Positions 9,687 to 18,213 are shown, counted from the first letter of the stretch. The stretch: DNA of 64,000 nt from Alphaproteobacteria bacterium (GCA_013289265.1 JABDAH010000006.1:706-64705); one strand, 5' to 3'. Notes: generated by a model from the sequence alone, not told the origin. Numbers and translations: made by a program.

Positions 9687-10122
9687 ACTTCCTCACTTCT
9701 GCCCGGAATTGCTCCGAGCGTTGGTTGAGGCAGCCACACCGCGTGGCAGCCTAGATAATTCCCGAATTGTACCAAGGTTAAGCCCGGACCGCGCAGCAAT
9801 GCTGTAGCGAATAAGAGGGCTTTGGATAAAGGCAGTGTAAGAGAGCGGGCCAGAAGCAGACTGGGGAGAGACTTGTTGTCTTTCGAAGCTACCAGATTTG
9901 CTAATCTTAGGCCTCCTGTTGACCCCGAAGGGCATGAGCTCAATTCCTTTGCGCTCTATTACCACTTTACGACTTTAAGGTTAATAAAGTCTTACGATAG
10001 TGTTCAGAGCGCCGCACAATTCAGATCATCGTATTCATAGAATCACGCCCTAGCAAGTTATGAATGTTCCCTCACATCATCAGATGTGGGTTCATTCCTC
10101 AAAAATACAAGGGGACGTAAAA

Positions 10123-10650
10123 ATGGAAAAAAAGAAACTGGAAAGCTATCTTGATGCGATGCTGGCCGCAAGGACGCGTAAAGAACTCGAGCACACTTTT
10201 AAATACATCTTATTGGAGTTGGGTTTTGAATATTTTAGCTGGTATGTTTTAAGCACCAAAGATTTTATTATCTATGGAAAATGGATTTCAAACTATTTGT
10301 TTGATTGGCTTTTTCGTTATGCCGAACAAAATTATTTTAGCATAGATCCCGTCGTGTTGGGTACACACCTAACCCAGGGCCATCTTCTATGGCGCGACGT
10401 ACTCAGTTGCGATTTAAAACCAAAGCAATTTCAGCTCTTTCACGAAGCTTACTATTGCGGACTGCGCGCAGGCGCTACCCTGTATAACGATACTTTATAT
10501 CGAGGCAGAACAATGCGCAGCCTGCTGTCCGTCGCAGGACGCATGTCGAATACCAAATTCGACCATTTATTTAATAAGCGCGAGAAGACACTTACTGTTG
10601 TAAGCGAGGCGTTCAATATGCGTACAATGCAGCTTGCAATTGATCATTAA
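10123..10650 (+). CDS. LuxR-type autoinducer-binding domain protein lacking the HTH domain
   Basis: I placed the start at MEKKK, where an AAGGGGA Shine-Dalgarno lies 7 nt upstream. ELGFEYFSWYVL...NYLFDWLFRYAEQNYFSIDPVV...LLWRD...YYCGLRAGATL matches the TraR/LuxR N-terminal signal-binding pattern. The ORF ends after about 175 aa, and only 32 nt remain before the next gene. Confidence 0.7.
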   Translation: MEKKKLESYLDAMLAARTRKELEHTFKYILLELGFEYFSWYVLSTKDFIIYGKWISNYLFDWLFRYAEQNYFSIDPVVLGTHLTQGHLLWRDVLSCDLKPKQFQLFHEAYYCGLRAGATLYNDTLYRGRTMRSLLSVAGRMSNTKFDHLFNKREKTLTVVSEAFNMRTMQLAIDH

Positions 10651-10682
10651 TTCACCGGCGGCGGATCAAGCCTGCCTGTCAT

Positions 10683-11834
10683 TCACCACACTGGCACCCA
10701 GTCTGGTTCTTTTTCCCGGGGAAAATGCGCTGTAAAAGTGGTACCTTCCTCCTCAGATGAAATCACACTGATCGTTCCGCCGTGAGCTGCAACAATCTCT
10801 TTAGTAATATAGAGCCCCAACCCAAGATGTATCGATTCTGTTCGCCCGTTAGTATTCTCAAAGCTACCGCGCGATAAGGGATCGAATATCTTGCCTGCTA
10901 TATCGGCGGGGATTGGGACGCCTTGATTGTGAACGGAGATCATGACCTCGCTCGCGGCACCTTTTACATTTACCTCAACCGGCAGATCCCTGAAGCCATA
11001 ATGCACGGCATTGCCGATTAAATTTGAGAATACTTGTCCGATCCGCGCCTTGTCCCATTTGCCCTCCATGTCTCCGGTAATTTCAAGATTTATAACGTTA
11101 TCCGGAAAAACAATTCGCATCTCCGCAACCAGTTGCCTGCTAACAAAACCCATATCCATCTGGTCTCTTGTAACCGGAAGCCCCGATCCAAACCGTGCGC
11201 GGGTTAAGTCGAATAAGTTCGTAATCAGGTCACTTGCGCGCGACATGCAATCCGTAATTTGCGAGGCCAGCATGCTCTGGCGTTCGTTCAGTATTCCAAT
11301 CTTTGGCATAAGCTGTGCGGACATTAAGGCCGCGCTTACAGGCGTCCGAAGGTCATGGCTTAGAATGCCCAAGAATAAATCTTTGGCGTGACTGACTTTC
11401 TTTGTGTAATGGCTGATCGACTCCGTCAGTTCCTGATCGATGGATTCATTAAACCTGATCAGATCTATAACATCCTGGCTGTTGAGTTCGGCCGTATTTA
11501 CGATCCATAATTTAATCACACTGGCGCGTAACGCGCGGTATTCCGAAACCATCTGGTCGAGATCAAAACCTCCGGCAAGACGTAGCGCGGCATGCGCTTC
11601 TGCGGCAGTATATTGTGAGCTTCTGACTTTTTCGCCTTGGGATTTTTCGACCTGTTCCTGACCGCTTTGAACCGATTCAATATCTTTTGCGACGAAGATA
11701 AGTATTTCCTGGATATGATCGCGAAGACTAAGAGAGCCCATGTCCCCAGCAGCAGGCCTTAAACTTTCTGCAAATTTTTCCCATTCCCGAATGATGGAAT
11801 CAGAACTTTGGCGAATGAAATCAGCTAAGCGCAT
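10683..11834 (-). CDS. Cytoplasmic sensor histidine kinase (RsbRD_N-like N-terminus, HisKA, HATPase_c)
   Basis: 383 aa with an H-box SHDLRTPVSA, an N-box LIGNAVHYG and a G-box GLGLYI. There are no TM segments. An AGGAGCAACAG Shine-Dalgarno precedes the ATG. Confidence 0.85.
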   Translation of the reverse strand: MRLADFIRQSSDSIIREWEKFAESLRPAAGDMGSLSLRDHIQEILIFVAKDIESVQSGQEQVEKSQGEKVRSSQYTAAEAHAALRLAGGFDLDQMVSEYRALRASVIKLWIVNTAELNSQDVIDLIRFNESIDQELTESISHYTKKVSHAKDLFLGILSHDLRTPVSAALMSAQLMPKIGILNERQSMLASQITDCMSRASDLITNLFDLTRARFGSGLPVTRDQMDMGFVSRQLVAEMRIVFPDNVINLEITGDMEGKWDKARIGQVFSNLIGNAVHYGFRDLPVEVNVKGAASEVMISVHNQGVPIPADIAGKIFDPLSRGSFENTNGRTESIHLGLGLYITKEIVAAHGGTISVISSEEEGTTFTAHFPREKEPDWVPVW

Positions 11835-11867
11835 CTGTTGCTCCTAGACGTTCCTTGAGACGCAGTT

Positions 11868-12071
11868 TCAATTCGAATTTTTACCAATGGCATCATCGAT
11901 CGATTCCTGAACGACATTTGTGGTAATGGGCGCCTGATTGGAATCCAAAAGACTACGATTCAAAATGACGGCTTGTATGTTGCCTATCCTGCGCGAAACA
12001 TCACCTTGAATACGGGTGAAACATGGCCGCGAACTTTGAGCCAAGACGCGTGGCTTATGATTTGTGCTCAT
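11868..12071 (-). CDS. Hypothetical small protein (doubtful)
   Basis: A 67-aa ORF directly upstream of the kinase on the same strand. I recognised no motif. Confidence 0.25.
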   Translation of the reverse strand: MSTNHKPRVLAQSSRPCFTRIQGDVSRRIGNIQAVILNRSLLDSNQAPITTNVVQESIDDAIGKNSN

Positions 12072-12136
12072 GGATGGTTTAGGGGGTTAAACATCGCATC
12101 GGGGATGCTTCAATACGACAACCGAACTGCCCCGAT

Positions 12137-12150
12137 TTGACATATATCAA
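12137..12150. promoter_or_regulatory. FNR/FixK-type box TTGACATATATCAA
   Basis: It differs from the TTGAT-N4-ATCAA consensus at one position. It lies in the divergent region between the 11868-12071/kinase transcription unit and the Crp/Fnr gene. Confidence 0.55.
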
Positions 12151-12237
12151 ATGGACCTTATTTGCCTAACCTGGTTATGCCCGCAATTCCCCATAGCTTT
12201 GTTATAAGCTTCTTTCTACACACTATGGTATATTCAC

Positions 12238-12996
12238 ATGGGCGGAGTAATGGCAAAAACTGCAAATAAACATACGAGTGAACATTCTGAGCAAACCTTC
12301 GATTGCGTCAGAAACACTTCGCTTTTTTCCAATCTGGACGATAAAGATATTCTCTGTTTTCAGGACGCCGTACAGCCCCACCTCTACAAGAAAGAAAAAA
12401 TTCTATATGTTCAGGAAGATACAGCCGATTATTTTTATATTATATGCAGCGGCTGGATTAAATTGTTTTACACGACACAAGACGGCGAAGAAGTCATTGT
12501 CGATATGTTGACAAGTGGCCACGTCGTGGGAGAGAGCGCCATTTTCGAAGAAGGGTGTCACACAAGTAGCGCCCAGGTTATCGAAGATGTTCACTTACTC
12601 AGCGTCCCTTCAAGGATCCTCAAGGAACAGATACGCGCCAACCCGACGTTGGCACTGAACATGCTGTCTTCCTTATCGAAACATCATCGCCGTCATTACG
12701 GCGAATTATCGTTTAATGCGATGCTGAGCGCGCCTCAACGTATTGGTTGTTTTCTCATACGACTATGCCCCGCGGGTAAAGACAAAAAAATCGTCTTTCA
12801 CCTGCCTTACGACAAAACACTGATCGCGAAAACACTCGGCATGAAGGGCGCCACTTTTTCGAGAGCGTTAAACATATTGCGGCAAAAAACAGGCGTCCAT
12901 ATCAATGATACGCGCGTGGAAATCGACTCGGTCGCAGAGCTGGTAAAATTCGTCTACGGCCCACTCTCAGCCAAATATATACCCGAGAGAATGTAA
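12238..12996 (+). CDS. Crp/Fnr family transcriptional regulator (FixK/Dnr-like, no N-terminal Cys cluster)
   Basis: 252 aa with a cNMP-binding beta-roll (FYIICSGWIKLF...GESAIFEE) and a C-terminal HTH (TLIAKTLGMKGATFSRALNIL). Confidence 0.85.
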   Translation: MGGVMAKTANKHTSEHSEQTFDCVRNTSLFSNLDDKDILCFQDAVQPHLYKKEKILYVQEDTADYFYIICSGWIKLFYTTQDGEEVIVDMLTSGHVVGESAIFEEGCHTSSAQVIEDVHLLSVPSRILKEQIRANPTLALNMLSSLSKHHRRHYGELSFNAMLSAPQRIGCFLIRLCPAGKDKKIVFHLPYDKTLIAKTLGMKGATFSRALNILRQKTGVHINDTRVEIDSVAELVKFVYGPLSAKYIPERM

Positions 12997-12997
12997 T

Positions 12998-13372
12998 CTA
13001 GCCAAAAACGCCGGTTAGCCATCCCCAATCCAAGTTAGCCGGATGCGCGATATATTCGTCTGGGTTATCGACAACGTGTTTCAGATAACTCAATTTAAAA
13101 GGCCACACATCTTCTGGCGTTACGTCTTTCTTTTTTATGATTTTGATCTTCATATCTTCGGTAAGTTGCAGGGTATAAATCACCTTTGGTCTATCGTCAT
13201 AAACGGCACATTGAAGAATATTATTGGAACCCAGATTTTTCCAGCGCGCTTTCCAGATTTCCATATAAGGAAATTTATCTTTATTTTTTTCTATCGCCTT
13301 ATTGCACACGTCCAGGTAGCGCTCAAAAATACGCTCATATTCTTCAACTGTTGCTTCGTTATTTTCAACCAT
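12998..13372 (-). CDS. Hypothetical protein
   Basis: 124 aa, coding-like, family not recognised. Its stop lies 1 nt from the convergent Crp/Fnr stop. Confidence 0.55.
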   Translation of the reverse strand: MVENNEATVEEYERIFERYLDVCNKAIEKNKDKFPYMEIWKARWKNLGSNNILQCAVYDDRPKVIYTLQLTEDMKIKIIKKKDVTPEDVWPFKLSYLKHVVDNPDEYIAHPANLDWGWLTGVFG

Positions 13373-13447
13373 TATTTATGACTCTCGTAAACAATACCAT
13401 CAGTCATCGCCAATACGCGTTTGACCAGGTATCTGATTATTTTATCG

Positions 13448-13990
13448 CTAAGGCACATGAGCTTCTATAAGTGTTTCCTGTAAGTGCGCGAGAAGCGTAT
13501 GATTTTTATCCTTCGTAAAATCTTTGTCTATCTCAGCTATGACGCAACTGAGCACAGTAACATCCAGCATTTTACGTAAAGCGCCGAGAATCTTGGGTGG
13601 GGCGGCAATAACCAAACGATCGAATGCTTTATCCATGTGGGCTTGTTTCAGTTTCGCTGCTACGGCCAGCACAAGATTCTGCTTAACCTCATCATGAATA
13701 TCCAAGTGCGGTTCACACGTATTATGGGCGGAATGCTGACCACCGATGAGCGTGCCACGCCCATCATGACTGACCTGAAAATCGCTTAAGGACTCCGCCT
13801 TTAATTCCATACCAGGTACTGGCGTTAGCTCATGACGCCCCATTTCCTGTTCGTAAGGTTTTCTTTTGGAGTCATGCATCGGCATCATTTCTTTATTCTT
13901 ATGATACCGATAAATTTGCGCGCGGCCACCATCCGCGACAAGGACCCAGATGATCGAGGATTGGATTATCTGTGCGGGATCGTGATGCAT
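13448..13990 (-). CDS. Host-attachment-protein family (baeRF12-like) protein
   Basis: 180 aa. The N-terminus WVLVADGGRAQIYRY and the overall layout match the Host_attach family as I remember it. Confidence 0.65.
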   Translation of the reverse strand: MHHDPAQIIQSSIIWVLVADGGRAQIYRYHKNKEMMPMHDSKRKPYEQEMGRHELTPVPGMELKAESLSDFQVSHDGRGTLIGGQHSAHNTCEPHLDIHDEVKQNLVLAVAAKLKQAHMDKAFDRLVIAAPPKILGALRKMLDVTVLSCVIAEIDKDFTKDKNHTLLAHLQETLIEAHVP

Positions 13991-14026
13991 AAATGCTTTT
14001 TCCTATCGTCACTCGGTTAAAAGTAA

Positions 14027-14060
14027 CAGCCAGCAAATACATATTCGTTTTTGCTGGCTG
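14027..14060 (-). terminator. Hairpin terminator candidate downstream of 14072-14302
   Basis: An 11-bp stem pairs CAGCCAGCAAA with TTTGCTGGCTG. It is followed on the minus strand by TTACTTTT. Confidence 0.45.
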
Positions 14061-14071
14061 TCTTTCCGTGT

Positions 14072-14302
14072 TTAAGCTGCCTTTGCCTTCTTGCCGTTAT
14101 CTTGTGCTTCGGCACAGTGACACTCTGCTTTTTTTGCATGTTCCTCCGCTTTAGCCTTGTTGCCTGATGCACAGGCCTTGGCAGCATTCGTGTGTTCGGT
14201 GGCTGCCTTCATGCAGCACTCCGCTGCTTTGACATGATGATCTGCACTGGCTGAGGACATCGGCCCGGTTTGCGATTTCTTTATGGGTTGCGGTGTAGGC
14301 AT
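14072..14302 (-). CDS. Small Cys/His-rich, Ala/Lys-rich protein (possible metal binder)
   Basis: 76 aa with 6 Cys and 6 His in repeated helical motifs (HHVKAAECCMKAATEH, AAKACASG, EEHAKKAECHCAEA). An FNR-type box lies upstream. Confidence 0.55.
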   Translation of the reverse strand: MPTPQPIKKSQTGPMSSASADHHVKAAECCMKAATEHTNAAKACASGNKAKAEEHAKKAECHCAEAQDNGKKAKAA

Positions 14303-14389
14303 TTTGTGTCTCCTGTGTTTTAGGTTTGATTGAAGAAGACGAGAAAAATCTTCGATGAACAGAGACTACTCTGTTGCACCGAGCTCCTT

Positions 14390-14403
14390 TTGACATTCAT
14401 CAA
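14390..14403. promoter_or_regulatory. FNR/FixK-type box TTGACATTCATCAA
   Basis: This is the second copy of TTGAC-N4-ATCAA. Its centre is 94.5 nt upstream of ATG 14302, the same distance as the box at 12137-12150 from ATG 12238. Confidence 0.55.
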
Positions 14404-14683
14404 ATGATTGTTGGGAAAAAATGAAGGGTAGAATGCCCATACATTCTAAAAGCCTCATAACTAAGCAGGGGGGAAGTCTACTGGCAAACGACTGGTCTCT
14501 CGAGAGGAAATACTGCCAGCATAACCTCTTCATTTGTCATGTTAATTTCTCGAAACTATTAACTTTATATTCGGATTGAGAATTAAGTGTTAGAATGCGT
14601 TGCTTGAGTTACGAAAAAATTTGCCGTTGGCTGGCGTTGCCGACGAACTCAAGCTGAAGTTAGCAGCTTAATGGAGTGAATCC

Positions 14684-15367
14684 ATGACAAACCCAGTTAA
14701 CAACGAATTGGCTGTTAAGCCAATGGAGCGAGCTAATAGCTCCTCGCCCAAACTTGTGCAATTTATCGCTGTTTTTGAGGCATTGGCTAAAAAAATTTCT
14801 GCTAATACACCTGTTATTGCGGCAAAAAATGGGAGTGAGCCTTTGTTCGTGCAGAAGATATCAGAATGTAAAACTGAGGGCGTTGCAAGCGGTAATGAGT
14901 TTTTGATTATAGGTTCTCACGAAGAAATGTTTCCTAATGTGGAGCCTATATCTGTTGGGAGCGAAGCAGCGCTGACTGTTGGAGGGGTTGCTAATTTTCT
15001 CAAAGATATGAAAACAGCTTTGCCGCAAGGTGGAAATACAATCATTTCGGTTTCGTCAACAGACAGCAGTTTGGCAATGCAATTATTCCTTGATCCCAAA
15101 GGAAAAGGACGGCTTAAGGATGTAAACCTTGTTCGTCTGGGAAACTACGATGACCTACAAGGCGTCAGTAGAGATTTTTCTGTAAGTGTTCCTGATGAAT
15201 CTATCATTGAATTTGAGGAAATGGGTGTTTTTGAAGATACGTTTAAGCCACCGCAAGAGGCGATATCTATAGTTAGAGGTTCGGCTCTGGACCATGAAGT
15301 GCGTGAAAGGCTTATCGAACGCTTGAGTGCGGCATCTAAGAGATTTGGTCCGAAGCGTGATTTTTAA
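14684..15367 (+). CDS. Hypothetical protein (orphan, AT-rich)
   Basis: 227 aa with no recognised motif. It lies on the 3' side of tRNA-Ser. Confidence 0.5.
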   Translation: MTNPVNNELAVKPMERANSSSPKLVQFIAVFEALAKKISANTPVIAAKNGSEPLFVQKISECKTEGVASGNEFLIIGSHEEMFPNVEPISVGSEAALTVGGVANFLKDMKTALPQGGNTIISVSSTDSSLAMQLFLDPKGKGRLKDVNLVRLGNYDDLQGVSRDFSVSVPDESIIEFEEMGVFEDTFKPPQEAISIVRGSALDHEVRERLIERLSAASKRFGPKRDF

Positions 15368-15494
15368 TAGTTCGCCCTAAGTAATTAGTAAGCTGGAGCA
15401 AGACGGGACGGTGGCCCAACTTCATCCCTGATTGGCATGCCCCGGTGTATTCGAACCCGTCTACTGCAGCTAGAATGTTCGTGTTTCTGCGTAG

Positions 15495-15584
15495 TGGCGG
15501 AGAGGGAGGGATTTGAACCCTCGAAAGGCTTGCACCTTTAACGGTTTTCGAGACCGCCGCATTCGACCACTCTGCCACCTCTCC
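15495..15584 (-). tRNA. tRNA-Ser (anticodon CGA)
   Basis: The hand-folded sequence is GGAGAGG..GCGGT-CTCGAAA-ACCGT..long variable arm..GAGGGTTCAAATCCCTC-CCTCTCC-G-CCA. Confidence 0.95.
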
Positions 15585-15656
15585 GAGGGCTTGAGATAAA
15601 GCGTTTTTTGCTCTTCCAATCAAGGGAAAAGCTGTCGCTATAAAAACTAGCTTATA

Positions 15657-16292
15657 TTATAGCTTTTCCGCTAATTCCAAAAGCCGCTTGATCTTCTCAG
15701 GGCTCTTAGCGCCGGTGGCATCTTCCACGCCTGACGACACATCTACCGTCTTGGCGCCGCTGATGCGCACGGCGTCAGCCAGGTTTTCGGCCTTCAAGCC
15801 ACCCGCCAGCATCCAGGGTTTGGTGATGGCAACGCCTTTCAGCAAATTCCAGTCGAATGTTTTGCCGGTGCCGCCGCTGGGCTTGTCGCCGACGCGTGTG
15901 TCGAATAATAACCGGTCGGCAACAGCGGCATAGGCGGGCAGATTTTGTAAATGCTCCGCCGCTGAGATACTGATCGCCATCATAACCGGCAGGCCTGTTA
16001 AAGCTTTGACGGCGGTGACACGCTCTGGCGTTTCATGGCCATGCAATTGAATGAGGTCGAGCGGCACGCGCGATAGCACAGCTTTCAACTCGTCATCCGT
16101 GGCATCGACAAATAAACCAGTCTTGGTGACTGATCGCGGCACTGGCTGCGCCAGTTCCTGCGCATGATCGGCAGTGATCACCTGCCGCGAGCCGGGATAG
16201 AAAACAAACCCGACAAATTTCGCGCCTGCGCTGACGGCGGCATCCACCGCGCGCCTGTCCTTTAAGCCGCAAATTTTGACATCGACACTCAC
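15657..16292 (-). CDS. trpF: Phosphoribosylanthranilate isomerase
   Basis: 211 aa. KICGL...FVFYPGSRQV...QLHG...LAGGL are typical TrpF motifs. Confidence 0.9.
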   Translation of the reverse strand: MSVDVKICGLKDRRAVDAAVSAGAKFVGFVFYPGSRQVITADHAQELAQPVPRSVTKTGLFVDATDDELKAVLSRVPLDLIQLHGHETPERVTAVKALTGLPVMMAISISAAEHLQNLPAYAAVADRLLFDTRVGDKPSGGTGKTFDWNLLKGVAITKPWMLAGGLKAENLADAVRISGAKTVDVSSGVEDATGAKSPEKIKRLLELAEKL

Positions 16293-16984
16293 GCGGCAAG
16301 CTCCGCCGTGACCCGCCTGGCAGCATCGACGGGATTTTCAGCGCCGGTAATAGGCCGTCCGATGACAAGATAAGTAGCGCCTGCCGTCATTGCTTCTTTG
16401 GGAGTCATGACGCGTTTCTGGTCGCCTGCGGCGGCCCAGCTTGGGCGGATGCCGGGCACCATTAGGATAAAATCCGGGCCGAGTTCCTTCCGCAGCAGCG
16501 CCACTTCTTCAGGCGAACAGATAACCCCGTCGAGGCCGTTCTGTTTGGCCAGCCCTGCAAGTTTCAAAACCTGTTGCTTTGAGTCTGCCTGCTGTCCTAC
16601 GGCGGCGAGGTCCCCGGCATCCATACTGGTCAAAACCGTGACACCTAGGAGCTTGGGACGATTGGCGCCTGCTTTGGCTGCGACATCAGTCGCCGCCAGC
16701 ATCATCGCAGCACCGCCGGAGGTGTGGATGGTGATAAAGGCCGGTTGCAGAGGCAGCAGCGCATTCAGCGCACCCGCTACGGTATTGGGAATGTCGTGCA
16801 GTTTGACATCCAGAAAAATCGGCATTTTGGTTTTGCTTGCAATGGCGCGGTAACCGTCCGCGCCATGCGCCATGAAAAATTCGAGCCCCAGTTTCAGGCC
16901 ATGCACATGGCCATCCAGCTGCCCGGCCAAAGCTTGAGCCTTGCCGAGGTTCGGCATGTCGATAGCGCAAAAAATAGGGTTCAT
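16289..16984 (-). CDS. pyrF: Orotidine 5'-phosphate decarboxylase
   Basis: 231 aa. FLDVKLHDIPNTV and VIGRPI are conserved PyrF motifs. Confidence 0.9.
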   Translation of the reverse strand: MNPIFCAIDMPNLGKAQALAGQLDGHVHGLKLGLEFFMAHGADGYRAIASKTKMPIFLDVKLHDIPNTVAGALNALLPLQPAFITIHTSGGAAMMLAATDVAAKAGANRPKLLGVTVLTSMDAGDLAAVGQQADSKQQVLKLAGLAKQNGLDGVICSPEEVALLRKELGPDFILMVPGIRPSWAAAGDQKRVMTPKEAMTAGATYLVIGRPITGAENPVDAARRVTAELAA

Positions 16985-17000
16985 TTTAAAAACATAAATT

Positions 17001-17066
17001 AGTGGTCAGAGATTAGTGGTCAGAGAGAAGAAAGTTTTTCCTCTGACCACTGACCACTAATCTCTG
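17001..17066. repeat. REP-like hairpin element, copy 2
   Basis: AGTGGTCAGAGATTAGTGGTCAGAGAG, a 13-nt loop, then CTCTGACCACTGACCACTAATCTCTG. It lies immediately 3' of the ihfB stop. Confidence 0.65.
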
Positions 17067-17072
17067 CTCACG

Positions 17073-17372
17073 CTAATCGTCCGACGTGCCTTCGATACCG
17101 TTCAGGCGGTCACGCAGTTGCTTGCCAGTCTTGAAGAAAGGCACGCATTTTTCGGCAACGGAAACGGTTTGGCCCGTACGCGGGTTGCGGCCCTGACGCG
17201 CTTCGCGGCGTTTGATCGAGAAAGCGCCGAAACCGCGCAGTTCAACACGATTGCTGCGCGCCAGTGCGTTCGAAATTTCATCAAACACAGTATTAACGAT
17301 GCGTTCGATATCGCGCTGCAACAAATGCGGGTACTTTTCGGCGAGGCGCAGGATGAGGTCGGATTTGGTCAT
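17073..17372 (-). CDS. ihfB: Integration host factor subunit beta
   Basis: I placed the start at MTKSDL (ATG 17372). [10 protein letters not shown]...GRNPRTG is the IHF/HU signature. Confidence 0.9.
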   Translation of the reverse strand: MTKSDLILRLAEKYPHLLQRDIERIVNTVFDEISNALARSNRVELRGFGAFSIKRREARQGRNPRTGQTVSVAEKCVPFFKTGKQLRDRLNGIEGTSDD

Positions 17373-17580
17373 CTGGCGTTCCTGAGGTGGGCCAAGGGAG
17401 TTGAGTCTTTGAGTCTCCCTCCAAACTGCCAAAGCGGGCCCCTTAAGTCAAGCCGCTCTAAAACTAACCCCTTGGGAGGGAAAGGGTTTTTACCCTGACG
17501 CAACTAAATTGATACATTGCGGCGGGTAAAACAGGTCTAGTATAAGCGTCACATCGCTTTTAAATGATAATGAGACAGTT

Positions 17581-18213
17581 ATGGCCGCAGTCAAGATTCG
17601 CATATTTGATACTAAAACTCTTATCTATCTACTCGTAAATTATAACGAAGCCTTTTTGCTGGATGAGGCTAGCGGCCTACGCATGGGGCCGTCCTGTTTT
17701 CAGGATATGATCCAATCTGCGGAATTCCTTACCGGTAAAAAAATTGATGCTTGCAGCTATGGTCAAGATGCAGGCCGTCATCAAATTCTGGAATGTCTGA
17801 ATGAAGCACGGCGATTGCTGAAGGAACAAAATCCGGTTTTCCAACAATTGGCGGCCACAGCAAGCACCAATAGGCAACTCGGGAGATTAAAAGAAAATTT
17901 TAATCATGCTGCGAGGATTCATTTAGATATCGCTCACCAACAACGGGAACAGGAAGGTTGCGACCCGAAAAAAGGGGCAATATTTTATAACGTCGCGCGG
18001 AAACTTATTGCTGCAGAATGCGATCAATTACTGTCAGATTTTGTTGAATCACAAAAAGAGACTTATAGTCTGAGTGATAAAGTAAACATTGCGGGAAAAA
18101 CACCGGACCTGCTTCATGGAATGAGCCTAGCGGGCCAAGAATTAGTGATTATGCTGGCGAGAAGCATACGTGATGGGTACGCTGAAATTCCTCCCCTCAG
18201 GCACTGGTTTTAA
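17581..18213 (+). CDS. Hypothetical protein
   Basis: 210 aa, predicted helical, with no recognised motif. Confidence 0.45.
   Translation: MAAVKIRIFDTKTLIYLLVNYNEAFLLDEASGLRMGPSCFQDMIQSAEFLTGKKIDACSYGQDAGRHQILECLNEARRLLKEQNPVFQQLAATASTNRQLGRLKENFNHAARIHLDIAHQQREQEGCDPKKGAIFYNVARKLIAAECDQLLSDFVESQKETYSLSDKVNIAGKTPDLLHGMSLAGQELVIMLARSIRDGYAEIPPLRHWF

Noticed and set aside
9687-10059. I considered RNase P RNA, tmRNA (one- or two-piece), SRP RNA or 6S RNA for this 373-nt gene-free region. The triggers were GTCCGGGC, GTAAGAG and CCTAGAT-like strings.
   Set aside because: The universally conserved RNase P block GAGGAAAGUCCGGGC is absent, and the motif order does not fit. There is no tRNA-like T-loop/CCA end and no tag ORF ending in Ala-Ala-stop in any frame. 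There is no SRP GGAA/AGCA motif. I kept it only as an unclassified candidate leader.
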